Source: Chloroflexota bacterium | Lineage (GTDB): Bacteria > Chloroflexota > Dehalococcoidia > Dehalococcoidales > UBA2162 | Assembly (NCBI GenBank): GCA_016190825.1 | Contig: JACPPV010000014.1 | Location: forward strand, 32,294 to 96,293 | DNA length: 64,000 nucleotides | Direction of reading: 5' to 3' | Shown here: in pieces, positions 47,827 to 57,424 of the stretch | Numbering within the stretch: position 1 is the stretch's first letter | Layout: each line of letters opens with the position of its first letter | Notes under the pieces: generated by a model | Database searches by the model: none | Told to the model about the DNA's origin: nothing | What the model saw: the letters and a program-made list of their open reading frames with translations, nothing else | Translations under genes and position numbers: made by a program

Positions 47827-49113
47827 ATGCAAAGAAGAGACCTGCGCGAAGCAGAAGGCACTGTTTCTGAAGTGGCTCAGCGCGTTGGGCGGGCTGCAAC
47901 AGGGAGGGTGCGAACTTTTGCTTCTCTGGGGAATCCCACTTTTCGCCTTTATTTCGTAGGGATGCTTTCACAGGTGGCCTCTATGAACATGCAGCAGGTG
48001 ACCACACCGTTGCTGGTGTACCGGATTACTGGCTCTGCAGCCCTCCTCGGCGTGGTGGCGATGTCCGGCTCGCTGCCACACATTTTCTTTTCGCTTTTTG
48101 GCGGAGTTGTTGCTGACCGGATGCAGAAGAAGCATATTCTACTGATCGCCCTCGGGTCCTTTACGTTTGTGTCCCTCGGTATTGCTACTGCTCTAGCCAC
48201 AGGTCTACTGAATGAAAAGACGTGGTGGATACTCATAATAAACTCGGTGGTCCAGAGCAGCCTTTTGGGGCTCATGATACCTGCTCGACACTCTATTATC
48301 CGTGAGATAGTGGGCAGGGAGCGGTTGATGAACGCTATTGCACTGAACTCACTGGGGGGAAACAGCTTGCGGTTGGTGGCTCCCGCGGCGGCGGGATTTT
48401 TCATTGATGCCTTTGGCTTTAAGACCGTCTATTTCATTATGGCGGCTGTCTACGCCACCGGCTTCCTTGTCATCACCCTTTTGCCTCTTACCAGTAAAAT
48501 ACTCCCAACCACCAGGAACCCTTTCCAGAGCGTGACAGATGGGTTCAAGTATATCAGCCGCGAGAAAGTATTACTTCTTGTCCTTATTTTTACGCTTTTG
48601 AGCGTCATGCTTTCCATGCCTTACCAGCAGCTTATGGCAGTTTTCGTTGATGACGTGTTCAAAGTTGGTGCCAAAGGAATGGGCGTGTTGATGAGTGTCT
48701 CAGGTCTGGGCTCCATCGCGGGCGGCCTTGTCCTGGCGTCTCTCACGGACAAGAAACGCGGGCTGATAATGCTGATGGGGACATTATTTCTCGGCATGGC
48801 GTTGACATTGTTCTCTGTTTCTCAGTCTTGGACTCTGGCTATGGCCGCTATGGTGGCTGTAGGTATCGGTCAGTCGGCGCGAATGACCATGAGCAACACG
48901 CTCACCCAGGCTTACACTTCAGACGACTATCGTGGGCGGGTAATGGGCGTCTATGATATGGAGATGTCCTTTGTCGGCCCGAGCGTCTATATCGCTGGCT
49001 TGATGACAGAAGCCGTTGGCCCGCAGCAGGCGCTGGGCACCCTGGCTGCGCTCCTGATATTCGTTTGCTTGGCGACTGTGGTGTTTATCCCGACGCTCAG
49101 GCGGCTGGACTAG
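47827..49113 (+). CDS. MFS transporter
   Basis: 428 aa and about 12 TM. The N-terminal FRLYFVGMLSQVASMNMQQV pattern is typical of MFS_3/EntS-like exporters. Confidence 0.8.
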   Translation: MQRRDLREAEGTVSEVAQRVGRAATGRVRTFASLGNPTFRLYFVGMLSQVASMNMQQVTTPLLVYRITGSAALLGVVAMSGSLPHIFFSLFGGVVADRMQKKHILLIALGSFTFVSLGIATALATGLLNEKTWWILIINSVVQSSLLGLMIPARHSIIREIVGRERLMNAIALNSLGGNSLRLVAPAAAGFFIDAFGFKTVYFIMAAVYATGFLVITLLPLTSKILPTTRNPFQSVTDGFKYISREKVLLLVLIFTLLSVMLSMPYQQLMAVFVDDVFKVGAKGMGVLMSVSGLGSIAGGLVLASLTDKKRGLIMLMGTLFLGMALTLFSVSQSWTLAMAAMVAVGIGQSARMTMSNTLTQAYTSDDYRGRVMGVYDMEMSFVGPSVYIAGLMTEAVGPQQALGTLAALLIFVCLATVVFIPTLRRLD

Positions 49114-49318
49114 AAGCGGCAGCTAAGCCTGTGCTTTTCCTGGCTGATGTGTCCGATTCAAGGTAAAACCATGCTTGATACGGGTGCAAAACCATTCGCT
49201 TGCTTAAGTAAGCCTCGCACGGCAATCAGTACTCTGCCTGCGGAGAACCTACTTGTCCACGGACTCTTGCTTTCCTATCGTAGTCTGCCACCGCAGGTTC
49301 CTTACGTGATACGTGTGT

Positions 49319-49342
49319 AGGACAAGCCTTCGCGGCAATGAC
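49319..49342. repeat. family-B-related repeat fragment
   Basis: AGGACAAGCCTTCGCGGCAATGAC, the reverse orientation of GTCATTGCCGCGAAGG. Confidence 0.45.
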
Positions 49343-49462
49343 CTTCCAAGATTACCACATTGTCCCGACATGATTTCGATGGTATCTCGTAATCGCGTTC
49401 CAAATATTCTCCCATTTCTGGTGTTTGACAAACCCTGTAATGGTGATGTTAAATTGCACTAG

Positions 49463-50557
49463 ATGGATTATATGAAGCAGGCGCTCTCTCTGGCAAGACT
49501 GGCCGTCGGGCAGGTCAGTCCAAACCCGGCGGTCGGAGCGGTGGTGGTGAGAGATGGAGAGATCGTTGGCCAGGGTTATACCCAGCCGCCGGGCCTCTGG
49601 CACGCCGAGATAATGGCTCTGCGGCAGGCGGGCGAAAAAGCTCGCGGTGGCACGCTGTATGTTACTCTGGAACCCTGCTGCCATCACGGACGCACCCCGC
49701 CCTGCACCGAAGCAATTATCAAAGCCGGCATCTCTGAGGTCCACATGGCAATGATTGATCCCAATCCCCTTGTTTGTGGGAAGGGTATTGATGGACTGGA
49801 GAAAGAAGGTATCAGGATCAGCTATACGGGCGAACATGAGAATGAAGCCAGAGAGGTCAACGAAGCATACCTGAAATTCATCACTACCGGCTTGCCATTT
49901 GTGACTGCGAAGTTCGCCGTCAGCCTTGATGGGAAGATAGCTACCAGGACCGGCGATTCCAAGTGGATTAGCGGCGAAGAATCACTGAAGTATGTCCACC
50001 AGTTGAGGTACACTACGGACGCAATCATGGCCGGGGTGAATACCGTGCTGGCAGACGATCCCCGGCTAACTTACCGCTGTGGCGTGACCGGCGGCACGGT
50101 AAGAAAGCAGCCTCTCCGGGTAATTGTGGATTGCATGGGACGCACCCCGCTGACCGCACAGGTCTTTGACAAGCCGGGCGAAGCACTTCTGGTGCTGGGA
50201 AATTCAGTGAGTAGAGAGTCTAAAGGAGCGTTTGCCGCAAGAGGCGCTGAGTTGCTGGAACTACCATCGAAGGACGGCATGGTGGACCTGCCGAGCCTTC
50301 TCAGAGCCCTCGGAGAGAGGGAGATTACCAGCGTTCTGGTCGAAGGCGGCGGTACCCTGCTGGGTAGCATGTTTGATAATGGTTTGATTGACAAGGTGAT
50401 CGTCTTTATCGCACCCGTTATCATCGGCGGGGCGGAAGCAAAGACGGCCGTGGCTGGGAGAGGGGTAGAGCGGATAGCGGAGGCGATGCGTCTGCACCGT
50501 GTGGCGGTGGAAAAGTTTGGGGACGATGTGATGATCAGCGGCTATGTCAGGCGTTAG
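49463..50557 (+). CDS. ribD: bifunctional diaminohydroxyphosphoribosylaminopyrimidine deaminase / 5-amino-6-(5-phosphoribosylamino)uracil reductase
   Basis: 364 aa with deaminase zinc motifs (HAEIMAL, PCCHHGRTPPC) and a C-terminal reductase domain. Confidence 0.93.
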   Translation: MDYMKQALSLARLAVGQVSPNPAVGAVVVRDGEIVGQGYTQPPGLWHAEIMALRQAGEKARGGTLYVTLEPCCHHGRTPPCTEAIIKAGISEVHMAMIDPNPLVCGKGIDGLEKEGIRISYTGEHENEAREVNEAYLKFITTGLPFVTAKFAVSLDGKIATRTGDSKWISGEESLKYVHQLRYTTDAIMAGVNTVLADDPRLTYRCGVTGGTVRKQPLRVIVDCMGRTPLTAQVFDKPGEALLVLGNSVSRESKGAFAARGAELLELPSKDGMVDLPSLLRALGEREITSVLVEGGGTLLGSMFDNGLIDKVIVFIAPVIIGGAEAKTAVAGRGVERIAEAMRLHRVAVEKFGDDVMISGYVRR

Positions 50558-50620
50558 TTCCGACTTTGCCGGGATTAGACCGGCTTTACGGCTGAGATAG
50601 CTAGAGGTTCAGAAACGCTC

Positions 50621-51262
50621 ATGTTCACCGGGATTGTTGAGGAAGTTGGCACTATTCTGGCGGCGAGACCGAACAGGCTCGTTATTGGCGTTCAGCGCAT
50701 ACTGCCAGGCATTGGACTCGGGGACAGCGTTGCTGTTAATGGGGTTTGTCTTACGGTGACCGGGTTTGACGGCAGGTCGTTTTCAGTGGACATGATGGCA
50801 GAAACACGCCAGCGTTCGACCCTCGGCTCTCTCGTGGTGGGCGATAAGGTTAATCTTGAGCGTGCTCTGGCGCTTGGCGGGCGAATGGGCGGGCATCTGG
50901 TGCAGGGCCATGTGGATTCCACCGGAAAGGTGGTCGCCATGAACCGGGAAAACGATGCCACGCTCATCAGGGTTGAAGCGCCGCCATCGGTTATGCGCTA
51001 TGTAGTCGAAAAAGGTTTCATCGCCGTTGATGGCATCAGTTTGACAGTGGTCAGCAGGGATGCCGCTTCGTTCCAGGTCTCTATCATTGACTTCACCCTG
51101 AAGCACTCCATACTGGGGGAAATGAAGGTAGGTGACCCGGTGAATCTTGAAGTGGATATTATCGCAAAATATGTTGAGCAGCTTAGCCAGACGGGGCCCT
51201 TTCCACAGGGGAAAGACGGCATAACCACTGATTTTCTGGTGCAGCACGGTTTCTCCCGATGA
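50621..51262 (+). CDS. ribE: riboflavin synthase (alpha chain)
   Basis: 213 aa starting MFTGIVEEVGTI, with an internal duplication (GDSVAVNGVCLTV / FIAVDGISLTV). Confidence 0.93.
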   Translation: MFTGIVEEVGTILAARPNRLVIGVQRILPGIGLGDSVAVNGVCLTVTGFDGRSFSVDMMAETRQRSTLGSLVVGDKVNLERALALGGRMGGHLVQGHVDSTGKVVAMNRENDATLIRVEAPPSVMRYVVEKGFIAVDGISLTVVSRDAASFQVSIIDFTLKHSILGEMKVGDPVNLEVDIIAKYVEQLSQTGPFPQGKDGITTDFLVQHGFSR

Positions 51263-51287
51263 CATCGGGACAGTTTTTCATTGAGGA

Positions 51288-52508
51288 TTGACTATGGTAA
51301 TTGCGACTATCCCTGAAGCAATCGAGGAAATAAAGACGGGGAGATTCGTCATCATAGTGGATGACGAGGACCGGGAGAATGAAGGCGACCTGGTGATCGC
51401 CGCGGACAAGGTGACTCCCGAGGTTATCAACTTCATGGCAGTACACGCCCGCGGACTGATCTGTATGCCTGTAACGGCAAAACGGCTTGACGAGCTGAAG
51501 ATACCGATGATGGTGAATGATAACACGTCAAGGTTCTCCACTGCTTTCACCGTTTCAGTTGAGGCGAAGGAACGGGTCAGCACGGGCATCTCGGCCGCTG
51601 ACCGTGCCCAGACGGTGAAGACGATAATTGATCCCAAAACTACCACGGATGACCTGGTCTTCCCGGGACACATGTTCCCGCTCCGGGCGAGAGATGGTGG
51701 GGTGCTGGTCCGGGCGGGGCATACGGAGGCATCCGTTGACCTGGCGCGGCTGGCTGGCCTCTTTCCGGCAGGAGTCATCTGCGAGGTGATGAATAAAGAC
51801 GGCACGATGGCCCGCCTGCCGCAGCTTGAGGAAATGGCCGAGAAGTTCGGTATCAAGATAGCGAGCATCGCTGACCTCATTGCCTACCGGCGACGCCACG
51901 AAAAACTGGTGCACCGCGTGGCTGAGGCGAAGCTGCCCACTAAGCACGGCGAATTCACCCTGGTTGCCTATAAGAGCGATATTGATACGGAGGAGCATCT
52001 CGCCCTGGTATTCGGAAGCGTCGGCGGAGATGACCCTGTGCTGGTCAGGGTCCACAGCGAATGCCTCACCGGAGATGTTTTCGGCAGCCTCCGGTGCGAT
52101 TGCGGCGAGCAAATGGCGCTGGCGATGGAGAGAATCGCCAAAGGGGGGCGGGGAGTTTTGCTATACATGAGGCAGGAAGGACGGGGCATCGGCTTTCACA
52201 ATAAGGTCCGGGCCTACGCTTTGCAGGACAAAGGGCTGGATACGGTCGAGGCAAATATCTCGCTGGGCTTCGGCGCTGACCTGCGCGATTACGGTATTGG
52301 AGCCCAGATACTGGCTGATCTCGGTTTGCATCGGATTCGGTTGCTAACCAATAACCCGAAGAAGGTCATCGGCCTGGAAGGGTACGGCCTTGAGGTGGTG
52401 GCAACTGTGCCAATCGTAGTTACGCCAAACCGCTATAACCGCCGGTATCTGAAGACAAAGCGCGAAAAGATGGGGCATGTCCTGGAGCTCCCGGAGCTTG
52501 AAGACTAA
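51288..52508 (+). CDS. ribBA: bifunctional 3,4-dihydroxy-2-butanone-4-phosphate synthase / GTP cyclohydrolase II
   Basis: 406 aa with [11 protein letters not shown] (DHBPS) and [21 protein letters not shown] (GCH II). Confidence 0.95.
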   Translation: MTMVIATIPEAIEEIKTGRFVIIVDDEDRENEGDLVIAADKVTPEVINFMAVHARGLICMPVTAKRLDELKIPMMVNDNTSRFSTAFTVSVEAKERVSTGISAADRAQTVKTIIDPKTTTDDLVFPGHMFPLRARDGGVLVRAGHTEASVDLARLAGLFPAGVICEVMNKDGTMARLPQLEEMAEKFGIKIASIADLIAYRRRHEKLVHRVAEAKLPTKHGEFTLVAYKSDIDTEEHLALVFGSVGGDDPVLVRVHSECLTGDVFGSLRCDCGEQMALAMERIAKGGRGVLLYMRQEGRGIGFHNKVRAYALQDKGLDTVEANISLGFGADLRDYGIGAQILADLGLHRIRLLTNNPKKVIGLEGYGLEVVATVPIVVTPNRYNRRYLKTKREKMGHVLELPELED

Positions 52509-52514
52509 CGAGTT

Positions 52515-52598
52515 GTCATGCGAGGGCGAAGCCCGTGGCAATCTCAAACAAATCGAGGGAAAGGATAATGGAGATCGCCACGCTTCGCTCGCGATGAC
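52515..52598. repeat. family-B long palindromic repeat between ribBA and ribH
   Basis: GTCATGCGAGGGCGAAGCCCGTGGCAATCTC, a ~25-nt spacer, then GAGATCGCCACGCTTCGCTCGCGATGAC. Confidence 0.75.
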
Positions 52599-52647
52599 AA
52601 GTGGTAAAGATTGCTCGCAATAACATTACAGTAAAAAGGAGAGTTGA

Positions 52648-53136
52648 ATGAGTAACCTCTATGAAGGCGCTTTGTTGGGCAGGGGACTGAAATTCGGTGT
52701 AGTCGCTTCCCGCTTCAATGAGTTTATGACCAAAAAGCTGCTTGAAGGAGCGCAAGACGCGCTGCTGCGCCACGGAGTCAATGAAGCTGACATTGACATC
52801 GCCTGGGTTCCCGGCGCCTTCGAGATACCGCTTATCGCTAAGAAGATGGCAGAATCAAAGAAGTATGATGCGATTATCTGCCTGGGGACGGTCATTCGCG
52901 GCGGCACGCCCCACTTTGAATATATTGCTTCCGAGGTGAGCAAAGGTATTGCCCGCATCAGCCAAGATACGGGGGTGCCCGTCAGCTTCGGCGTCATCAC
53001 CGCTGATACCCTGGAGCAGGCCATTGAGCGCGCCGGGACCAAGCAGGGCAACAAGGGCTTTGACGCCGCGGTTGACGCTATCGAGATGGCAAACCTGGTC
53101 AAGAACATGGACAAAGGGGCAAGGGGCGGGAAATAG
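52648..53136 (+). CDS. ribH: 6,7-dimethyl-8-ribityllumazine synthase
   Basis: 162 aa with [20 protein letters not shown] and WVPGAFEIP. Confidence 0.95.
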   Translation: MSNLYEGALLGRGLKFGVVASRFNEFMTKKLLEGAQDALLRHGVNEADIDIAWVPGAFEIPLIAKKMAESKKYDAIICLGTVIRGGTPHFEYIASEVSKGIARISQDTGVPVSFGVITADTLEQAIERAGTKQGNKGFDAAVDAIEMANLVKNMDKGARGGK

Positions 53137-53155
53137 GGCGATAACGCCACATATT

Positions 53156-53180
53156 GTCGTTCCCGCGCAGGCGGGAATCC
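53156..53180. repeat. family-A hairpin repeat between convergent genes
   Basis: GTCGTTCCCGCgcagGCGGGAATCC. Confidence 0.7.
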
Positions 53181-53219
53181 GGAGAACTAAGGTCAAAAGA
53201 TAATCGCTATCGTCCGGCT

Positions 53220-53474
53220 TTACCCCGTGACCTTGTAGACCTTGTCGCCGCGGCGGGCGCGGTCAGCGATTTTGATGCCTACAGACTCGCCTGCTTTCGC
53301 TTCCGTCACGTCGGCATTGTTGATCTGCATTGACCCGACGGTGAACTCCTGGTCAGTGGTGTGCCCCTTAATGTGAATTTTATCGCCAACTTTCAGCGGT
53401 GCGGTTAATGTGATGCCAGCCACAACAACGTGGGAGAAGAAGTCAGATACCTCGCCGATTTCCACTTCAGGCAT
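53220..53474 (-). CDS. small beta-barrel protein resembling EF-Tu domain 2 (translation-factor-like)
   Basis: 84 aa. GDKIHIKGHTTDQEFTVGSMQINNADVTEAKAGESVGIKI resembles the domain-II barrel of translational GTPases. Confidence 0.5.
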   Translation of the reverse strand: MPEVEIGEVSDFFSHVVVAGITLTAPLKVGDKIHIKGHTTDQEFTVGSMQINNADVTEAKAGESVGIKIADRARRGDKVYKVTG

Positions 53475-53568
53475 ATGCTACCTCCCTGTGTGTTAGGTAC
53501 CCGGCAAGACTGCCTGTCCGTTTAGAATCAGTATACGCCACAAGTCACGGGTAAATCAATGCCTATTT

Positions 53569-53597
53569 TTGACATTGCCCTGCCTGTCACTTATAAT
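53569..53597 (+). promoter_or_regulatory. consensus sigma70-type promoter
   Basis: A perfect TTGACA, 17-nt spacer, TATAAT, read directly. Confidence 0.6.
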
Positions 53598-53629
53598 GAA
53601 CCTCGAAATGAGGCGGGAGGGCACGGGCT

Positions 53630-53851
53630 TTGGCCGAGCGAAATAGACCTGCCGGGACTTCGGAAGAAGATTTGCAGCGTCTCAAAAGACGCCTTGATTT
53701 GCTTGACCAGCGCCTTGATAATATCGATTCCATGGTCACAGCGGTAGCTGAGCGCGTGCTCGCTCAGCTCATCACCCTCAATGTCACCTGTCCCCACTGC
53801 AACAAAGACGTGGAGATCGCCATCGTCGGCAGCCGGAAAGCCAAACGGTGA
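53630..53851 (+). CDS. hypothetical 73-aa protein (coiled-coil-like N-terminus, single CPHC motif)
   Basis: TTG start with GGCGGGAGGG ~10 nt upstream, about 33 nt downstream of the consensus promoter. Heptad-like LQRLKRRLDLLDQRLDNI. Coding status unproven. Confidence 0.4.
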   Translation: MAERNRPAGTSEEDLQRLKRRLDLLDQRLDNIDSMVTAVAERVLAQLITLNVTCPHCNKDVEIAIVGSRKAKR

Positions 53852-53935
53852 CGGCGTGAGTTTCGAGTCTAAGAAGCTTACCCGCAAGCGTTGTTGCAAG
53901 CATTGACAGACAACGGGGCCGAAAGCCCTACTGTT

Positions 53936-54012
53936 GTCATTCCCGCGAAGCTTGTCCCGTTCACGGTGAACCGTTCAGGGTGAACCCGTACCGTGATACG
54001 GGAGCGGGAATC
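53936..54012. repeat. family-A long palindromic repeat
   Basis: GTCATTCCCGCG...CCCGTTCACGGTGAACCGTTCAGGGTGAACCCGTACCGTGATACGGGAGCGGGAATC. Confidence 0.7.
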
Positions 54013-54109
54013 TACTCCTACCCTACTTGGGTTCTGGCTTTCGCCAGAATGGTACTCTGGCTCCCGGCATTTTGGGATTCGTAATGCAGTCTCAAAAAAC
54101 GTCTTTTGT

Positions 54110-55855
54110 TTATCCCTTGAACCAGTTGGTTATGGGAAGGCGGCGGTCCCGGCCAAAAGCGCGGGGGGTTATCTTGATGCCCGGCGGCGCCTGGCGCCGC
54201 TTATACTCGGTTCCGTCCACAAGACGGGCGGCGCGCTTGACAGCGTTTACATCATGCCCGGCGGCGATGATTTGCTCAACATCTTTGTCTTCCTCAACGT
54301 AGGCTGTCAGGATGGGGTCAAGAATGTCATACGGCGGCAGAGAATCGGTGTCCCGCTGGTCCGGCCTCAGTTCGGCTGACGGCGGTTTTTTAATGACGCT
54401 CCGGGGAATCAGGTCGTAGCTCGCCAGCTCGTTGCGGTACCGGGCAAGCTGGTAGATGAGTGTCTTGGGAACGTCCTTGATGACGGCGAATCCGCCCGCC
54501 ATATCGCCGTAGAGAGTGGTGTAACCGGTTGCGTATTCGCTCTTGTTTCCGGTGGTCAGGACGAGCCAGCCAAACTTGTTCGATAGCGCCATGAGCAGGT
54601 TGCCCCTGATTCGTGCCTGGATATTTTCCTCAGCCACGTTTGGCTTTGCCCCGGCAAAAACCTCTGCCAGAGTTTCGAGATACGCCTTGAATACCGGCTC
54701 AATGGGAATAACGAGCAGCTCAATGCCGAGATTCTTCGCCAGAAGTTGGGTATCTGAGAGGCTGCCGGGGGATGAGTATCTCGAAGGCATCGCCACTCCG
54801 ATAACGCTTTCCTTGCCCAGGGCATCGGCGGCAATGGTGGCGACCATGGAGGAGTCAACGCCTCCAGACAGGCCGATAACTACTTTGCTAAAACCGTTCT
54901 TGCGGATATAATCGTGCGTGCCGACGACCAGGGCATCGTAGACCTCGCCGGGAAGGTCTCGCATTTCCACCTGCCTTTCCGGCAAAGGTGGTTTAGTCCC
55001 GGTTACAGGGCTCTGCGAGACGATGGTCTTCGTCTGTCGCCAAGGAAGGGTTGGACTAACCGGCAGGGCTTTCCGCCATCGGGGATCGCGCAGGCGTGTG
55101 CGGAAGACGGACTCTACGTCGAGATCTGCCACAACCAGGTCTTCGTGGAACTGTTTGCCCCTGGCGATAAGATGTCCCTTTTCATCCATAATTACACTGT
55201 TACCATCGAAGACCAGCTCGTCCTGCCCGCCGACAAGGTTGTTATAGGCGACAAAGCTTACGCTGTCTGTGGCTCGTACCGCTAACATCCGCTCGCGGTA
55301 ATTCCCTTTGCCAAAGTGATAAGGTGACGAGCTGATATTGATGATAACCTCGGCGCCGGCATATGCCTGCAGCGTAGCGGGACCGGCTTCATACCAGATG
55401 TCTTCACAGATATTGAGCCCCACGCCGGTACCGGCGATTACGTACACCGCGCACTCACTTCCGGCACGGAAATAGCGGTTTTCATCAAAGACGCCGTAAT
55501 TTGGCAGGTAAATCTTGTGGTAGACGTCCACCAGTTTGCCGTCATATATCACGGCGGCGGCATTGTATATGTCTTCCCTGGCATCCACAAAGCCGATGAT
55601 AATGGCGATTCCCGAAGAGTTTTCGATGACCTTTTGCAGTGATTTCCTGTTTTCTTCGATGAACCGTGGTTTGAAAAGCAGGTCTTCCGGCGGATAGCCG
55701 CAGATGGCAAGCTCGGGGAAGGTGATCAAGTCCACACCCTGTGAGCGCGCTTCAGCAACGGATTCCATGACCTTTTTCGTGTTGCCGGAAAAGTCCCCTA
55801 CGGTCATATTGACCTGTGCCATTCCGAGACGCAATCGGCGCATTTGGTACCTCAC
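54110..55855 (-). CDS. nadE: glutamine-dependent NAD+ synthetase
   Basis: 581 aa with an N-terminal CN-hydrolase domain (FPELAICGYPPEDL, catalytic C in LNICEDIW) and a C-terminal NAD synthase P-loop (GLSGGVDSS). Confidence 0.93.
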   Translation of the reverse strand: MRYQMRRLRLGMAQVNMTVGDFSGNTKKVMESVAEARSQGVDLITFPELAICGYPPEDLLFKPRFIEENRKSLQKVIENSSGIAIIIGFVDAREDIYNAAAVIYDGKLVDVYHKIYLPNYGVFDENRYFRAGSECAVYVIAGTGVGLNICEDIWYEAGPATLQAYAGAEVIINISSSPYHFGKGNYRERMLAVRATDSVSFVAYNNLVGGQDELVFDGNSVIMDEKGHLIARGKQFHEDLVVADLDVESVFRTRLRDPRWRKALPVSPTLPWRQTKTIVSQSPVTGTKPPLPERQVEMRDLPGEVYDALVVGTHDYIRKNGFSKVVIGLSGGVDSSMVATIAADALGKESVIGVAMPSRYSSPGSLSDTQLLAKNLGIELLVIPIEPVFKAYLETLAEVFAGAKPNVAEENIQARIRGNLLMALSNKFGWLVLTTGNKSEYATGYTTLYGDMAGGFAVIKDVPKTLIYQLARYRNELASYDLIPRSVIKKPPSAELRPDQRDTDSLPPYDILDPILTAYVEEDKDVEQIIAAGHDVNAVKRAARLVDGTEYKRRQAPPGIKITPRAFGRDRRLPITNWFKG

Positions 55856-55936
55856 TCAAACCGAATTGACTTTTTCACGCCTGCTTGCTAAAGTATATAC
55901 CAATTTTGGACAAAAACAACAGTGTGGAGATAGAGA

Positions 55937-56596
55937 ATGCAGTGGGTAGCTAGAATCAACGATGTTAAATACAGCGCTTTTTGCTGGCGCTACGAGCTGA
56001 GTGTGCCGAAGAAACTGGTCATGGCGCTGGCGATGGCGGCTCTGACTGGCCTGGTAGCTCAGGCTAAGTTTCAGCTTCCGTGGACGCCGGTGCCGGTGAC
56101 AGGGCAGACCTTCGGCGTGCTCCTTTCCGGCGTTCTGCTGGGGAGGTGGTGGGGTGGCGCCAGCATGGCTATTTATGCCGGCTTGGGTGCCATTGGCTTG
56201 CCGTGGTTTGCCGGCTGGAGCGCGGGAATTGGCGTGCTCGGCGGCGCGACCGGCGGCTATATAATCGGCTTCATTCTCGCGTCTCTTTTCGTAGGCTATT
56301 TTACCGACAAGTTTGTGCGGTCTCGCAGTTTCTTGACTATGCTGGGACTGATGCTTTTCGCCAACTTCGTCTTGGTTCATGGACCCGGTCTATTCCAGCT
56401 CAACCAGTGGCTGGTCCTGGTCAAAGGGAACACTGCCAGCATTGGCCAGCTACTCATGATGGGTACGGTCCCATTCATCGCCGGGGATGTGACCAAGGCT
56501 GTGCTTGCCGCAATCGTTGCGCGGGCCGTGACGCCAAAGCAGGCATATGGTGGGGAGGTGGATAAGGGGAAGTGGGCTCACTGGCGCATCCCGTAA
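55937..56596 (+). CDS. bioY: biotin transporter BioY
   Basis: 219 aa. PVPVTGQTFGVLLSGVLLG and GGYIIGFILA are typical BioY motifs. Confidence 0.85.
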   Translation: MQWVARINDVKYSAFCWRYELSVPKKLVMALAMAALTGLVAQAKFQLPWTPVPVTGQTFGVLLSGVLLGRWWGGASMAIYAGLGAIGLPWFAGWSAGIGVLGGATGGYIIGFILASLFVGYFTDKFVRSRSFLTMLGLMLFANFVLVHGPGLFQLNQWLVLVKGNTASIGQLLMMGTVPFIAGDVTKAVLAAIVARAVTPKQAYGGEVDKGKWAHWRIP

Positions 56597-57000
56597 GAAT
56601 CCGCGGCCATCACCTGCTCTGTATGCTCGGCTTTCGCGGCCTGGGGTACAGTGTGGATTTTGCGGCGGCCATGGATGAGGTGGTGAAGGAGTTCCGGGCC
56701 AATCCTGCCCTGGCTGTCATCGTGGTCACCGAATGCGACGTCATTTGCGGATCATGCCCGCATAACAAAGGAAGCCGGTGCCTCAAGAAAGAAGATTCTT
56801 ACGAGAGGGTAAAGAGCAAAGATGCTGACGTCCTCGACACACTTGGTTTCAAGCCGGAAACACAGACAACCGTCGGCGATGCCTGGAAAAGGGTCAAAGA
56901 AAGGATATCGGTCGAAGACCTGAAAGAAATGTGCCGGAAGTGCGAGTGGCTTGGCTTGGGATATTGTGTTGACGGTCTGGCAAAGCTGAAACTCGACTAG
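56572..57000 (+). CDS. DUF1284-family protein
   Basis: 142 aa. IRGHHLLCMLGFRGLGYS plus Cys motifs (CDVICGSCPHNKGSRC). It overlaps the bioY end by 25 nt. Confidence 0.7.
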   Translation: MGSLAHPVRIRGHHLLCMLGFRGLGYSVDFAAAMDEVVKEFRANPALAVIVVTECDVICGSCPHNKGSRCLKKEDSYERVKSKDADVLDTLGFKPETQTTVGDAWKRVKERISVEDLKEMCRKCEWLGLGYCVDGLAKLKLD

Positions 57001-57033
57001 CCAGCCGTCCTGAATCTATATGTGAGCGCTCAT

Positions 57034-57204
57034 TCAGGCAGTTTTTTCTTTGGGTTTCCCGGTCTTGTCTTCATCGTTCTGCGCTTTGCGGAAGGCGCGC
57101 ACGCTCTTGCCGATGGATTCACCCATCTGCGGCAGTTTCCCGGCTCCGAAAACTATTAGAATAATGACCAGGATGAGGCCGATCTCCCACGGACCTATAC
57201 GCAT
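57034..57204 (-). CDS. tatA: twin-arginine translocase TatA/E-family protein
   Basis: Start at ATG 57204. MRIGPWEIGLILVIILIVFGAGKLPQMGESIGKSVRAFRKA is canonical TatA. Confidence 0.88.
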   Translation of the reverse strand: MRIGPWEIGLILVIILIVFGAGKLPQMGESIGKSVRAFRKAQNDEDKTGKPKEKTA

Positions 57205-57424
57205 AATCCCCACCCCTCTTTTTCTGCAATTTGCTCGGCTGGTTGTGATGTTATAACCATGCCTGCACATAAACATATTATCTTATCGGGGGGGAGGCTG
57301 TCAAAAAGGGCACTCCGGGAAGGCTACGTCCGGTTTGTTCGTTGCTTAGGCCTGTCGTGTGGGCTATAATGCCCCGAGAGAGGTCAAGGGAAGCTCAGTC
57401 AGGTGGAGCTCGTTCACACGCAAA

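Noticed and set aside
53852-53935. tRNA-like fragment (GTTTCGAGTC) that might mark an integration site
   Set aside because: There is only a loose T-loop resemblance. No acceptor or T stems can be paired, and no integrase or direct repeat is nearby.
55856-55936. Possible BirA operator upstream of bioY
   Set aside because: A promoter-like TTGACT-17-TAAAGT is present, but CCAATTTTGG is not a true palindrome. I could not find a convincing inverted repeat of the BirA-site type.
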